Origin: Nitrososphaeraceae archaeon
Lineage (GTDB): Archaea; Thermoproteota; Nitrososphaeria; Nitrososphaerales; Nitrososphaeraceae
Assembly (NCBI GenBank): GCA_036376955.1
Contig: DASUZI010000254.1
Coordinates: 1,792-65,791, forward strand
Length of the DNA: 64,000 bases
Direction: 5' to 3'
Of the stretch, positions 51,259 to 61,994 are shown one piece after another. Both the position numbers and the translations under genes were made by a program. The notes under the pieces were generated by a model. It had not been told where the DNA came from. It did no database searches and saw only the letters and a program-made list of their open reading frames with translations. How positions within the stretch are numbered: the stretch's first letter is position 1; each line of letters starts with the position of its first letter.

Positions 51259-51367
51259 AGTATTTATATGTCCTAAACTACTATTTAAAGTTGAGTAACA
51301 CTCGTTTATGATTTTTAAAAAATAATTAAATTGATTTAATTTAAAAAAAATGATTCTTAGGAATAAG

Positions 51368-51622
51368 CTATTTAATTGAGATGTTTTTCACTTCAAAAGC
51401 TTCATTCATTGAAAGATACTCATCTATCTTCATTCTAACGTCATCAGACTCCGTATCTTCCATTCCCGATAATCCCGCTTTAAAAGAAATGTTATTTCCA
51501 GAAACTTTAATGTCCTCTATTTCCATATCAGCATACACATTCGCTAGTTCTGACACCCAATCTTGAGCTTCTTGTTGATCTATTCCATTTGTATCAATAT
51601 TTACATTAAGCATTTTTGTCAT
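51368..51622 (-). CDS. Small acidic hypothetical protein
   Basis: 84-aa ATG ORF. Confidence 0.75.
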   Translation of the reverse strand: MTKMLNVNIDTNGIDQQEAQDWVSELANVYADMEIEDIKVSGNNISFKAGLSGMEDTESDDVRMKIDEYLSMNEAFEVKNISIK

Positions 51623-51701
51623 TCAAAGACACCTAAAATTGATAATAAAAAGACATTAATAAATTTGCCTAAATTATAGTATTTGAACTACGCTTTTCAT
51701 T

Positions 51702-51866
51702 TTATTCAGTTTCTTCAAATCTCCAATGTTTTATTAATTCTTTGTCAAATTTAGATAATTGTTCTTCATTTAATGATTCTCCACAATTTTTATGAGTAGG
51801 TACAACAGTCATCCCTGCTAATTTAAACTCAACTTCATAAAAATGAACAGACGGGCAATTACACAT
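51702..51866 (-). CDS. Small hypothetical protein (54 aa, not in ORF track)
   Basis: Hand translation MCNCPSVHFYEVEFKLAGMTVVPTHKNCGESLNEEQLSKFDKELIKHWRFEETE*; CxC and HxxC motifs. Confidence 0.7.
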   Translation of the reverse strand: MCNCPSVHFYEVEFKLAGMTVVPTHKNCGESLNEEQLSKFDKELIKHWRFEETE

Positions 51867-51956
51867 TTACAAAATATGACATATTATTATATTTATATTA
51901 TTTTAATTAAAATTATTATATAATAAACATTTATCAATCCTTTTTCAGTAATACTA

Positions 51957-53024
51957 TTGATGACAAAAAATAAAATATCAAAATTGCAGATATTTATTAT
52001 TTCTGTCTTAGTTTCTACCGCCCTACTTGCTACGACTGGACTTAAATTTTCGCATGCTTTTGCTGTGGATGATAATTGGTATGTGGGAGAAGGAGTAACC
52101 AAAGATATGTATGTAAAATATAGAATGAGTCATTTTGATACTAATAATGGTCGAGAATTTACCATGACAATATATTTCAAGGATCAAGACGATAAAGGTA
52201 ATTGGATAGCACCGGTTTTTGTGGAGGATCAAGGGAAAGTGTTAAATGGAACATTTATACTCAGCCCATTGGATTTAACCGCTTTAGGAACATCTAAAAT
52301 TCCTCCTGAAATGACCAAATATCGAAGCGCTTATGCAGGTTCATTACAATGGCTAGCAGCATTTGTTCCTAAACCTGGACAATCTTTGAATTCCCAATCA
52401 TGGGGTAAAATCGCTTCTATCGGTGGTTCTGAGATAAAACCATCTGGTCATCAAGAATTAAATATTCCAGCATTTAAAGACCCTGTAGACACTGTAAGAG
52501 TTGAATATTACAAAGGTATAGCCAGTAATACCTATATTTTGAATGAATTTCCTTATCCCGTCATGGCGAAAACCTATGTTGATGTAACTACAGGTTCTGC
52601 ACCAATTCAGTTTCAGTATATCTTGGTAGAAACCGGTAAAGGTCAACCTGTAATGCCGGAAACGTCACTATTTGAAGTCACACCCCCATTGAAAGAAAGA
52701 ACGGCTAGGGGAGACTTCTATGTTTCGTTGGATTGGGAACCACCTGTAATAACTGCAGGCAATGAAACTACATTTACTGTAGACATAGCAGACAAAGACC
52801 AATTTCCTGCAAGTCAAGCTAGCTACGACTTGATAATAATGGATTCAAACAATACCATAATAACAGATTTGAAAAACCAGTTAGCAAGTGAGGGAACTAA
52901 ATCTCATAATATAACATTTGAAAAACATGGTATGGTAACTGTTAAAATTAAAGTGACTAGTGTAAAAGGTATAGACACAGGAATCTTTACTGAACAAGTA
53001 GAATTTTTGGTTCCAGTTAAATAG
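51957..53024 (+). CDS. Exported hypothetical protein
   Basis: Signal peptide ending in AFA; beta-rich body with an Ig-like-looking C-terminal part. Confidence 0.8.
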   Translation: MMTKNKISKLQIFIISVLVSTALLATTGLKFSHAFAVDDNWYVGEGVTKDMYVKYRMSHFDTNNGREFTMTIYFKDQDDKGNWIAPVFVEDQGKVLNGTFILSPLDLTALGTSKIPPEMTKYRSAYAGSLQWLAAFVPKPGQSLNSQSWGKIASIGGSEIKPSGHQELNIPAFKDPVDTVRVEYYKGIASNTYILNEFPYPVMAKTYVDVTTGSAPIQFQYILVETGKGQPVMPETSLFEVTPPLKERTARGDFYVSLDWEPPVITAGNETTFTVDIADKDQFPASQASYDLIIMDSNNTIITDLKNQLASEGTKSHNITFEKHGMVTVKIKVTSVKGIDTGIFTEQVEFLVPVK

Positions 53025-53093
53025 CATTAATTCACCATATTTTTTTATTGATAAAAATACCTAGATTTTACTAATTAATTTTAGCCAATAGGT

Positions 53094-53786
53094 TTGTCAA
53101 CTAAGAAACGTATCATTCTATTTTTTGTATCATTAGTGATTCTTTCTATCATAGTAAATATTGCTATAATTACATCAAATGGAGGATTTGATAATCCTGA
53201 TACTGCGCTTCAAATCCCTAGTACCAAAGATTTGTGGTCAGCAGGAATTAATATTCATAATGGTGACAAATTCTTATATAATTTAACGATAAAGAATAGA
53301 AACAATCATTTTGACAACTATTTGATTAACATACTATTTCGAGATAGTCAAAATTATTGGAATACTGAATTTACCATATCTAATGAAAGTAAATCAGTAA
53401 AAATTTTATCAGAGTTATCAAAATCTAATTTGATAAATAAAGAGAAGCAACTGAAAAATGAACAATATCTAGATATTATTGAATCATCAATATTACAAAT
53501 AAAAGATATCACAAGAGAACCTAAATATTTAGTGATAGGTGCAAAATGGGATTCCATTGATACTGGAATAACAAATGTACCTATTAAAATTACTGCAAAA
53601 GAATATTTGTTTTCCAAATTAGGTGAATTGGAAACTTTTGTGTTGAGTTACACAATAAAGGACTATAATAACAAAATATGGATTACAAAGAATTTACCTT
53701 TGCCGGTAAAAGCTGAGATTTTTAATGTGAATGGCATATTAAAATATAAATATGACCTAATTAGTACAAATATAAAAATTAATTAA
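53094..53786 (+). CDS. Membrane-anchored hypothetical protein, apparent paralogue of 51957..53024
   Basis: N-terminal TM helix; KIWITKNLPLPVKAE aligns with NTYILNEFPYPVMAK. Confidence 0.75.
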   Translation: MSTKKRIILFFVSLVILSIIVNIAIITSNGGFDNPDTALQIPSTKDLWSAGINIHNGDKFLYNLTIKNRNNHFDNYLINILFRDSQNYWNTEFTISNESKSVKILSELSKSNLINKEKQLKNEQYLDIIESSILQIKDITREPKYLVIGAKWDSIDTGITNVPIKITAKEYLFSKLGELETFVLSYTIKDYNNKIWITKNLPLPVKAEIFNVNGILKYKYDLISTNIKIN

Positions 53787-53796
53787 TAATATAAAC

Positions 53797-54282
53797 TCAA
53801 GTTGAATGTTTATCTAATACATTTGTCCATAACCAATTAACATAATTTTCAACATCTTTATCAATAGTACACCAAATGTGTACAGATCCTGGCAATAATT
53901 CTATTCGTCCATTTTTTAGTGATATACGAACTCCTTCCTTTCCCTCATACATATAAGCATCTGAAGCTGTGGCATTAGGGATGATTTCTATTGCTTTAGA
54001 TTTTATTATTTCGCGTGATATAGAAAAGTTTTTTTTTAGTCGATCCACTACAATTCCAATATTTTCTGTTCCATAAGAGTCAAATACATAAATTTTGGTG
54101 GGATTAGGAAAATGCAACTTCAAATCTATTTTATATCTTGAGCCGACAAATTGTGCTATTTCGTTTATTTTAGAATAAACCAGATTTGGATTTCTTTTTG
54201 TATATTTATCGAAGAAATTTCTATTTGTATTAAAGTTAATTTTTAAATCTTGTATAATTTTGCTAAACATCATAAGTAACAC
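53797..54282 (-). CDS. Hypothetical protein
   Basis: 161-aa ORF. Confidence 0.7.
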   Translation of the reverse strand: MLLMMFSKIIQDLKINFNTNRNFFDKYTKRNPNLVYSKINEIAQFVGSRYKIDLKLHFPNPTKIYVFDSYGTENIGIVVDRLKKNFSISREIIKSKAIEIIPNATASDAYMYEGKEGVRISLKNGRIELLPGSVHIWCTIDKDVENYVNWLWTNVLDKHST

Positions 54283-54336
54283 GGAATCCTATATCTATTT
54301 ATAGTCTCTCATAGTTTTTAAATCTATAACTAAATT

Positions 54337-54960
54337 ATGTCTATTAAAAACATTAATTCTGAAAAGGAAAATATAAAAAATTATCAAAATACTTGTTCTG
54401 AATTTATAAAAGATCTCTCGTTGGATTATCTCAGTTGGGTAGATAGATACAACCTTAATCAAGATGAAACCAAAATGAGAAAAGAAAAAATCAAAGAGAT
54501 AGTCATTAAATCAAGTCGTATTATTTACCAGTTTGGGGACACTATAAAAAAAATAGATATTATAATGAATGATGGGATCACTAAAATGGCAGAATATACA
54601 GCAGGGTACCCGTTTAAGTTTTGTATTCTTGTAAATAATATGTCAGGCTATACATATAATCCAATAGGGACAATTAGATTAAATATAAAGGCCATTCCGA
54701 GTTCTGGAAAAGGAGTGAGAATTGGAAGTTACGACAGTAATAATTTAATTTTGTTAAATTCTTCATCTCCAGTTAAATATTCAGTCAACAAGTCAAGTTT
54801 AGACTCTGCAGATATTTTGGATGATTATATAATAATTGATGCAAAAAATTGTTTAAAAAATGACGTTATTTCTGCAACGGTAATTGTAGAGGAGGTTAAA
54901 GAGAATACTGTCTTTGAAAAGAGAGGTTTTTCAACTTTAGTTTTAGTTATACAAAAATAA
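54337..54960 (+). CDS. Hypothetical protein
   Basis: 207-aa ATG ORF. Confidence 0.7.
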   Translation: MSIKNINSEKENIKNYQNTCSEFIKDLSLDYLSWVDRYNLNQDETKMRKEKIKEIVIKSSRIIYQFGDTIKKIDIIMNDGITKMAEYTAGYPFKFCILVNNMSGYTYNPIGTIRLNIKAIPSSGKGVRIGSYDSNNLILLNSSSPVKYSVNKSSLDSADILDDYIIIDAKNCLKNDVISATVIVEEVKENTVFEKRGFSTLVLVIQK

Positions 54961-55624
54961 CATGAATTTACTTCAGAATGAATAATTATATTAAATTTAT
55001 TTCATTGGTATGATTGTTTTTTGATACTAGAAGTTAATTAAAATCATAGTAAAAATGTTAGTTCATGTAAAAGAAATTATTGTATCCATAAATAAGTCAA
55101 ATGATTCCAAATTATGTTATATATTTAGACTATGAATCCTTTAAATTAAAAATAATTTTATTTTTTTTGATATTATTAGACTAATTTAGTAAAAGACTTT
55201 GTTTAATTCCATATAAAATTATCATCTTCTAATTTATTTTATAAATTATCAAAATCAATAGCACATGTTTATCTTATGAGATCTATTATATCATCCCAAT
55301 TAAGAGTTAACAAATATACACATATGTTTATCTAATAATGCTCAAAATAACAAATTTATATGAAACCGATAATTTAATTAGACGATAAATGATATAATAT
55401 TCATGCCGAAGAAATTGTAAATATGATCATAAAATTAATATAGCATGAAATAATCAAAAAGCTAAATTTTCATAATAGATCGATCAAATATTTGTTACTT
55501 GGTATCTAGTAAAAGTTTAAGATTTCAAACTATGTTCCCATATACAGGAAAGCTTGACCTCGAGGAAATTAGGTTTATATAAAATAAAAAAGGCTAAATA
55601 ACCAACATACCTGAAATCGTATGA

Positions 55625-55699
55625 GCGACGATCGTCCAGTTTGGTCTAGGACATCAGATTGCCAATCTGGTAACCCGGGTTCAAATCCCGGTCGTCGCA
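55625..55699 (+). tRNA. tRNA-Gly(GCC)
   Basis: GCGACGA/TCGTCGC acceptor stem, TCAGA-TTGCCAA-TCTGG anticodon arm, CCGGG-TTCAAAT-CCCGG T arm; TTTATATA about 45-50 bp upstream. Confidence 0.95.
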
Positions 55700-55722
55700 T
55701 TTTTTATGCTGAACATTTTGGT

Positions 55723-55947
55723 TTAACTCTTTCCACTACCACATGCACAGAAACCGAATTCATCAAAAGGAGAATTGCAAATTTCACATTTTTCATAGAA
55801 TTTAATTTCCCAGATATGCTTTCCATATAATTTATAATGAGTATCAATTTCCTTCGGGATCGGAGAATTAATAAGATTCTCTTTATTATCTTCTGAACTA
55901 GCATCGTTATCAATTATTTTTTTAACTTTAGTATTTTTTTTCTTCAT
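55723..55947 (-). CDS. Small zinc-finger-like hypothetical protein
   Basis: CEICNSPFDEFGFCACG; start uncertain. Confidence 0.65.
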   Translation of the reverse strand: MKKKNTKVKKIIDNDASSEDNKENLINSPIPKEIDTHYKLYGKHIWEIKFYEKCEICNSPFDEFGFCACGSGKS

Positions 55948-56392
55948 TATTAGTTCTTGAATATTTTAGATTTGACTTGATTATATCTATGGCTTTGGAT
56001 ATGCGTTCTTTTTTAGGAAGTTGAATCATAAAAATATTGCCTGTTTCAGAATGTAAATTATTTTTTGGAATAATTCCTAATAAACCACTATCATTTAATG
56101 CATCAAAAAAGTTTATAGAGTTATTACCCGAAATTAAGAAGTTTTCTTCAATTCCTATGCCAATAAATTCCAACTGAATGTCTACAAATACATGACGACC
56201 ATCATAAAAAATATTTAATAAAACATCCACTACATATTTTTTTCCGATACATTTCTCCATAATAATATCGTATAGTGATTGTTGAACATATATGCAAGGC
56301 ACTCTATCCTTTTCATATTCAATCACCCCAAAACCTTCCTTATGAATATTACTAATGAAATCGTTAAGTGAGGTAAATTGTCTAAATTTCAA
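55928..56392 (-). CDS. Hypothetical protein
   Basis: 154-aa ORF co-directional with the ATPase gene. Confidence 0.7.
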   Translation of the reverse strand: MKFRQFTSLNDFISNIHKEGFGVIEYEKDRVPCIYVQQSLYDIIMEKCIGKKYVVDVLLNIFYDGRHVFVDIQLEFIGIGIEENFLISGNNSINFFDALNDSGLLGIIPKNNLHSETGNIFMIQLPKKERISKAIDIIKSNLKYSRTNNEEKKY

Positions 56393-56453
56393 TAAGTATA
56401 ATTTACTTCATAGATATTTTAGTCTATTCATACTAGGATACAATGAAAACAAT

Positions 56454-58064
56454 TTAACATAAGTTTATTGATTTTGCTAATAATAATATTTTATTGTTAT
56501 CATCTATGGAATGAAGATTTTTATGAATTTTATCGCAAACAAACAGTAAATCAATAATTTTTGACCTATCCAAATTAATAGACATAGTTTTATCATCCCT
56601 AGTTGTGACATTTGGATACTTAAAATCTTGGCCTGTTTTTTTCGTATTATTTAAAACAGTACTTTTCATATGTGATGAAGTAGTTTCATTTATTAGCATT
56701 GTAATTTGAGATGTTGAACCAGTATAATCTTTATAAACTACATTGACTATTTCTTCTAAAGGCAAATAGTATTCGTATTTACATTTGATATTTTGTTGAT
56801 GAAGATAATTTATTAATCCTCGCAAAGAGTTTACAATTTCTCCCTTGATATCCTTCGTAAAATCAATTCGATTTTTAATTTTGATGTAGTCTGAAATTGA
56901 TATATCTACTATACTTCCCTTTATTTTTAACCCAGGATATATTTTACGTAATGTTTCATCTAAAATTTGTTCATTTATTATAGACATTTTTTTGTTACTG
57001 GCTATTTCAAATGCACTGTACATTATATTCAGTATAGATCTTATATTTCTCAACTCGAAATCTTCGTAGAGTATTTTTATTTGAGACAAAAGATCATTTC
57101 GTTGAAAATCAGAAAAAGAAGCATTGGGTTTATACGCTCGAATATATTCTAAAACTATATCGGATATTTCCTCAAATGAATTTGATCCAGCAAGATCTAT
57201 TTTATAATTAGCCTTTTCCAATCTATCATAAACTGAACTATTCTCTGATGCCATTTTAAGATATGAAGATGGTGTAAGAATTAGCATTAGGATCGTATTG
57301 GGAATATGTGCATTAATAATAGCTTTCATAAATGAAAGTGTTTCTTCGTGGTTATCGAATTCATCGAATTGATACAATGAGATCTTGTTCAATAATTTTA
57401 AATTAATTTTTGATAAAGTTGAAAGAAAATTTATCATATCTATTAAAGTTAAAGTTTTACTTTTTTCAAATCGATTTTGTATTATAGTCTTAATTATAGA
57501 TATATCAGTCTTAGAAAAATTGTCTGCAAAAATATAATCAATATGTCCTAAATCGGGTTCTATTTTGTCTTCTAAGATCTGAAGAATTTTATTATCGATT
57601 CCTTTACCTGTTAAAGACTCAAAAAATCCTAATTTAAATATTTTTTTTGCAATTTTATTCTCTGTTCTACTTCGATCTCTTATATAATAAAGCAATTCTT
57701 TTTTTAAATTGTAGAGATAATCAGATGGAAAACCATTAATCATCGATTGATAAATACTGAAAATCTTTTTTGGATATATTTGCGCCATGTCGTTATAAGA
57801 AATTATTGCTTTTTCATTTATTCCAGATATTTTTATGTTAAGTGTCAGATGAGTTTTTCCTGAACCTACATCTTGAATAACTGTAATTATTCTGAATTTA
57901 TCATTATTATCATTAGTTCCAGAATATTTTACAAGGTCTTCGATACAGGAAAAAATAGAATTTCTCGCTTCTTTATGCCTCTTTCCACCTAAAATATGAG
58001 CATCTTCTAAATTAGGTGTTGGACCACTTGGAAAAGGATTTTTGGTAAGATTATATGGAAACAA
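56454..58064 (-). CDS. AAA+/P-loop ATPase of unknown function
   Basis: NPF motif, Walker A QDVGSGKT, Walker B LYQFDE, SVYDRL (Arg finger), RNIRSIL (sensor 2). Confidence 0.8.
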   Translation of the reverse strand: MFPYNLTKNPFPSGPTPNLEDAHILGGKRHKEARNSIFSCIEDLVKYSGTNDNNDKFRIITVIQDVGSGKTHLTLNIKISGINEKAIISYNDMAQIYPKKIFSIYQSMINGFPSDYLYNLKKELLYYIRDRSRTENKIAKKIFKLGFFESLTGKGIDNKILQILEDKIEPDLGHIDYIFADNFSKTDISIIKTIIQNRFEKSKTLTLIDMINFLSTLSKINLKLLNKISLYQFDEFDNHEETLSFMKAIINAHIPNTILMLILTPSSYLKMASENSSVYDRLEKANYKIDLAGSNSFEEISDIVLEYIRAYKPNASFSDFQRNDLLSQIKILYEDFELRNIRSILNIMYSAFEIASNKKMSIINEQILDETLRKIYPGLKIKGSIVDISISDYIKIKNRIDFTKDIKGEIVNSLRGLINYLHQQNIKCKYEYYLPLEEIVNVVYKDYTGSTSQITMLINETTSSHMKSTVLNNTKKTGQDFKYPNVTTRDDKTMSINLDRSKIIDLLFVCDKIHKNLHSIDDNNKILLLAKSINLC

Positions 58065-58712
58065 TTACAAGCACCTTACATATCCATATACCAATCCACG
58101 AATCATAATTCCTTCATTACCTCCTGTTGACAATTCATATTTGGATCTATTTTCGTCTACTATTTGTTCTGCAAGGTCATAGAATTCCTTTTCTGAAATT
58201 TCATATTTCTGAGATAGATCATTTCTCAAAGTGGATAATGGAACCCATCCGATTGAATCAGAGTATTTGCATATTGTTAAATCAAAATCTTCACTAAAGC
58301 TTTGTAAATTAATAACTTTCTGTGGAGGTGATACACTATTTTCAAATGGATTACGAGTGGTAGTTGTGGCTAATATTGAATCCATTAAAACAATCATCTT
58401 ACCATCCAATTTTTCTACATGTTTATCAACAGAATTCGATAAGTTTTGAAAAGAAATTTGAACTTCTTTGAATAATTCAAATGTATATTTGAATTTGGGG
58501 TCTGAATCTAAGAGGTACTGTAAATAACTGTCTTTATGCCAACAATAACTTGTACTTCCCTTTTTTGACATAATAATTTCATTTTGTTTTATCCATAAAT
58601 TCAATAAGCTATCCAGATCAACTGATGCAAATTCTTTTTTAAGATCTGTTTTTTTCACTCCAGATACACCTGAAGAAAAAATTTTGTCAAGTATTTTTTC
58701 TTCTAAAGACAT
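58065..58712 (-). CDS. Hypothetical protein with putative wHTH - coiled coil - wHTH architecture
   Basis: N-terminal LEEKILDKI..GVKKTDLKK...LIM-type wing, heptad-rich middle, C-terminal GWVPLSTLRNDL...YELSTGG..GI; stop abuts the ATPase start. Confidence 0.7.
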   Translation of the reverse strand: MSLEEKILDKIFSSGVSGVKKTDLKKEFASVDLDSLLNLWIKQNEIIMSKKGSTSYCWHKDSYLQYLLDSDPKFKYTFELFKEVQISFQNLSNSVDKHVEKLDGKMIVLMDSILATTTTRNPFENSVSPPQKVINLQSFSEDFDLTICKYSDSIGWVPLSTLRNDLSQKYEISEKEFYDLAEQIVDENRSKYELSTGGNEGIMIRGLVYGYVRCL

Positions 58713-59736
58713 AAAGTACCTTTTTTGATTTTCTTATAAAAGATCCTTTGTAAGTTTATATAATATAATAAGCTAATTTAGTTTAACTTTTAATATAGAA
58801 TCCTTTAAAGATCAACGGAATGATGAAAACCTCTTCTGAAATATGATGAAAGCACTAGGGTATCTGACCGAATAGAGTTGTATAGTTCAATAACAAAATA
58901 TTTAAAGACAATATAAAGGATTATTATTTTTATTTATTTTATTCTAGTTTTAATAAAATAAAGCCATAACTTACTACTATTAATTAGGATCAACAATAAT
59001 AATAGGTCATGGTGGACCCAATATTATTCTTGGAGGATAAGATTGAGAATATTAATTTACTTTAGAATAATTGATAATTGGAAACAATTTAGTTAGATTA
59101 ATTGATAATTGTAACCTTCTAAAGAACATTCATAATAATAGAAGGCTATCAGAGGTATTACTTTAGACTTTATTAATTTTCATGATACATACTATTTAAT
59201 GATTGGAGTCAATAAAGTAAATTATTTTAATTTATTTTCATATGGCGGAGATTATTGAAGAGCATATTGCGAATGGACCTACAAGGATAACTCCCGACTC
59301 TGACTACTGATAGTTACAGTTATTTCCCTGTTCTTCAAATGGAAGATTAATAACTCATTTATATAGCACATAAATTATATTTATTAATTCTTGAAATTCT
59401 CATTCTATGATCTGAAAATTAATCTATAGTTTTTGTGTCTAAAGAAATTGAGATCCCAATGTTAGTATATATTACTTTATCGAAAGTTAAAGTTTTATCA
59501 TTATCGATAGAAATTTAATGAAGTTCATTTCATTTCCTTCTTGAATATATTCAAATATCTATATAGGTAGGAGACGTAAAACTAATGCGTTCCTGCTGTT
59601 TTATCATTATAATTTTTAAATAATAGAGATTAGAAGAATACAACTATAAAAGTAATATTATGTAACCAAAAAAATATAATAGGTTGCTATTACCATATAT
59701 TATATAGAAGAAAGTTTACATTTCTAACTAAATAAA

Positions 59737-60096
59737 ATGGAAAACGATATTAAAACTCAACCTACAGATATATCATTTGAGGAATTTTCTAAAATAGACT
59801 TGAGACTGGGAAAAATAAAAAAGATTGAATATATACCTAAGCTGAACAAAGTTTACAAGGCAGAGATAGATCTCGGTTTCGAGAAAAGAATAGTAGTATT
59901 AGGAGCCGCTATGTTTTACAAACCTGAGGAACTGGAAGAAAAATTAGTAATTGTATGCACTAATCTTTCACCTAAAAGAATAGGAAATATCGAGTCAAAA
60001 GGAATGATTTTAGCATTAGATGGAATGAATGGAAGACCAATTTTTTTAACTATAGATACTGAAGAACGGGTTGAATTAGGTTCTAAAGTTCATTAA
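59737..60096 (+). CDS. tRNA-binding OB-fold protein (Trbp111/CsaA/MetRS C-terminal-like)
   Basis: ISFEEFSKIDLRLGKI, NLSPKRIGNIESKGMIL, GSKVH. Confidence 0.9.
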   Translation: MENDIKTQPTDISFEEFSKIDLRLGKIKKIEYIPKLNKVYKAEIDLGFEKRIVVLGAAMFYKPEELEEKLVIVCTNLSPKRIGNIESKGMILALDGMNGRPIFLTIDTEERVELGSKVH

Positions 60097-60569
60097 TTTT
60101 AAACGGTTATCTTATAAAATTTTAACTAATTAAAATATCAACATAAACTCAAATGAATTCAATTTTATATTTACAAAACAACAAATAGTGATGATATACC
60201 TTGAATTAAATAAGGAAACAGATTATATTCAAATAAAACATAGTAATTCTTTATTTCTATAAAATTATTTTATAAAAAGATTTTTTCATAAATTTCTTGA
60301 AATCAGTTCAAAATTGATATTCACATGCATTATCATTATTCCTCTATAAACAATTACTACAGAAATTTTTTATTACTAAATTAGACAAATTATTTATGAT
60401 CTTTTTGGTTCCGTATTATTATTAATATTATTATCAACTTATATCCAAGTTACTTAATTATTGATCTTATAATTTATAATTTATCAACCTAGATTAAATA
60501 TTGTTTTATTTCTAAGCATTAGTAAAATAAATTTGAAATAGCTCAATTATTTTGGTCCTGAGAATTTGT

Positions 60570-61448
60570 CTATTCTATACCATTAATTTTTCTTAAGAAT
60601 TTATAAATTCCTGTATAATCAAGATCTGCTAAGCTTGATCGTGCAGCATAATTGTACAAGTGAAATACAAGACCTGTAATAGGCAAAGAAAGTTCTTTTT
60701 CTTTTGCTGCTTCCATAACAAGTCCTAAATCCTTTTTCATATGTTTCAAATAAAACGAAGGAAAGTAATCATCTTTTACCATTTTAGGTCCTTTATGTTT
60801 ACTCATCCCCGTTTTAAAATTAGTAGAGTTTAATATATCCAAGTAAAGGTTAGGATCGATTTCATATTGGTTAGACAATAATAATCCTTCAGATAAAGCC
60901 ATTGCTATTATACCAATATTGAGATTAAGAGCCAACTTGATAGCATTTGCTGAGCCAACCTTATTTCCGATATAAAAAACAGGATTACCTACTTCTTCTA
61001 ATACTTTTTTAATTTTTTTAAAAGTAGTTTCTTCACCTGCAACTATTGGAACAAGCTTTCCCGTTAACGCTGCATTCGGGCCTCCCATCACTGGAATACT
61101 CATCATTGATATATTATTTTCTTTAAATTTTTGATAACAATAAATGGATTCGTTGGGAGAAATTGTACTAAAGTCCGAAACAATTACATTTTTGTTTTCG
61201 GTATCATATATCCCATCTTTATGAAAAAATACTCTGGTCACAGCTTCAAAATTTGTTACACAAGTTATAATAAAATCAGAACAATCTGCCAAATCTTTTG
61301 GTGAATTACAAAGTTTCGCACCTTTTTTTTCTAATAATAATGATTTTGAAAGATCGCGATTATTAACATTAACTTGAAATCCTTTTCGAAGTAATCGTAA
61401 GCAAAGGTTACTACCCATGAGTCCCAATCCGACAATTCCAATTTTCAA
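60570..61448 (-). CDS. beta-hydroxyacid dehydrogenase (3-hydroxyisobutyrate dehydrogenase family)
   Basis: GLGLMG, STISP, PVMGGP, IKLALN catalytic Lys, F.LKHMKKDL. Confidence 0.88.
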   Translation of the reverse strand: MKIGIVGLGLMGSNLCLRLLRKGFQVNVNNRDLSKSLLLEKKGAKLCNSPKDLADCSDFIITCVTNFEAVTRVFFHKDGIYDTENKNVIVSDFSTISPNESIYCYQKFKENNISMMSIPVMGGPNAALTGKLVPIVAGEETTFKKIKKVLEEVGNPVFYIGNKVGSANAIKLALNLNIGIIAMALSEGLLLSNQYEIDPNLYLDILNSTNFKTGMSKHKGPKMVKDDYFPSFYLKHMKKDLGLVMEAAKEKELSLPITGLVFHLYNYAARSSLADLDYTGIYKFLRKINGIE

Positions 61449-61646
61449 TACATTGACATTAACAATATGAATAAAAAAATATTTTTATTTTCATCAAAAC
61501 ACTATTTTATAATTTTTCAATTTGAGCCTATAAAAATATTACATTATCATTAGTAAAGGATTTACTCCATATATTTCATTTATATGCATAAATTTGAGTC
61601 TTCTATCAACTCATTTATTCATTATATTATATTGTATATTTTAATA

Positions 61647-61961
61647 TTAAACATGTATAAAAACAGAATTGTTATCTATTTTAGTTTCATAAAGCATTAA
61701 TGGGTCTTCTGCTGGTTGGTTAAGTGGTTTTCCATCTTCAAGATTGAATGCAGACATATGGAGAGGGCAGGTAATAGTTTTTTCTTCTTCATTTAAAAAA
61801 CCATTTGAGAGATCAGCATAAGCATGGGTACATATTCTATCACTGGCGTATATTTTATTATTTATTTTAACAAGAAGAATTTTTTTGTCATTATAATCAA
61901 AATCCATCAACTCCCCAGGTTTAAGAGAATCAATACTACAAACCTTTATCCAATCAGACAT
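61647..61961 (-). CDS. Rieske-type ferredoxin
   Basis: CTH...CPLH. Confidence 0.9.
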   Translation of the reverse strand: MSDWIKVCSIDSLKPGELMDFDYNDKKILLVKINNKIYASDRICTHAYADLSNGFLNEEEKTITCPLHMSAFNLEDGKPLNQPAEDPLMLYETKIDNNSVFIHV

Positions 61962-61994
61962 TATTTATCTACAAAAAAATAAGCTTAATATTTG

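Noticed and set aside
54961-55624. Integrated element next to tRNA-Gly
   Set aside because: No integrase and no duplicated tRNA 3' end were found; the region appears to be plain AT-rich intergenic DNA.
55621-55830. 69-aa plus-strand ORF in the track
   Set aside because: It reads through tRNA-Gly and is antisense to the small zinc-finger gene.
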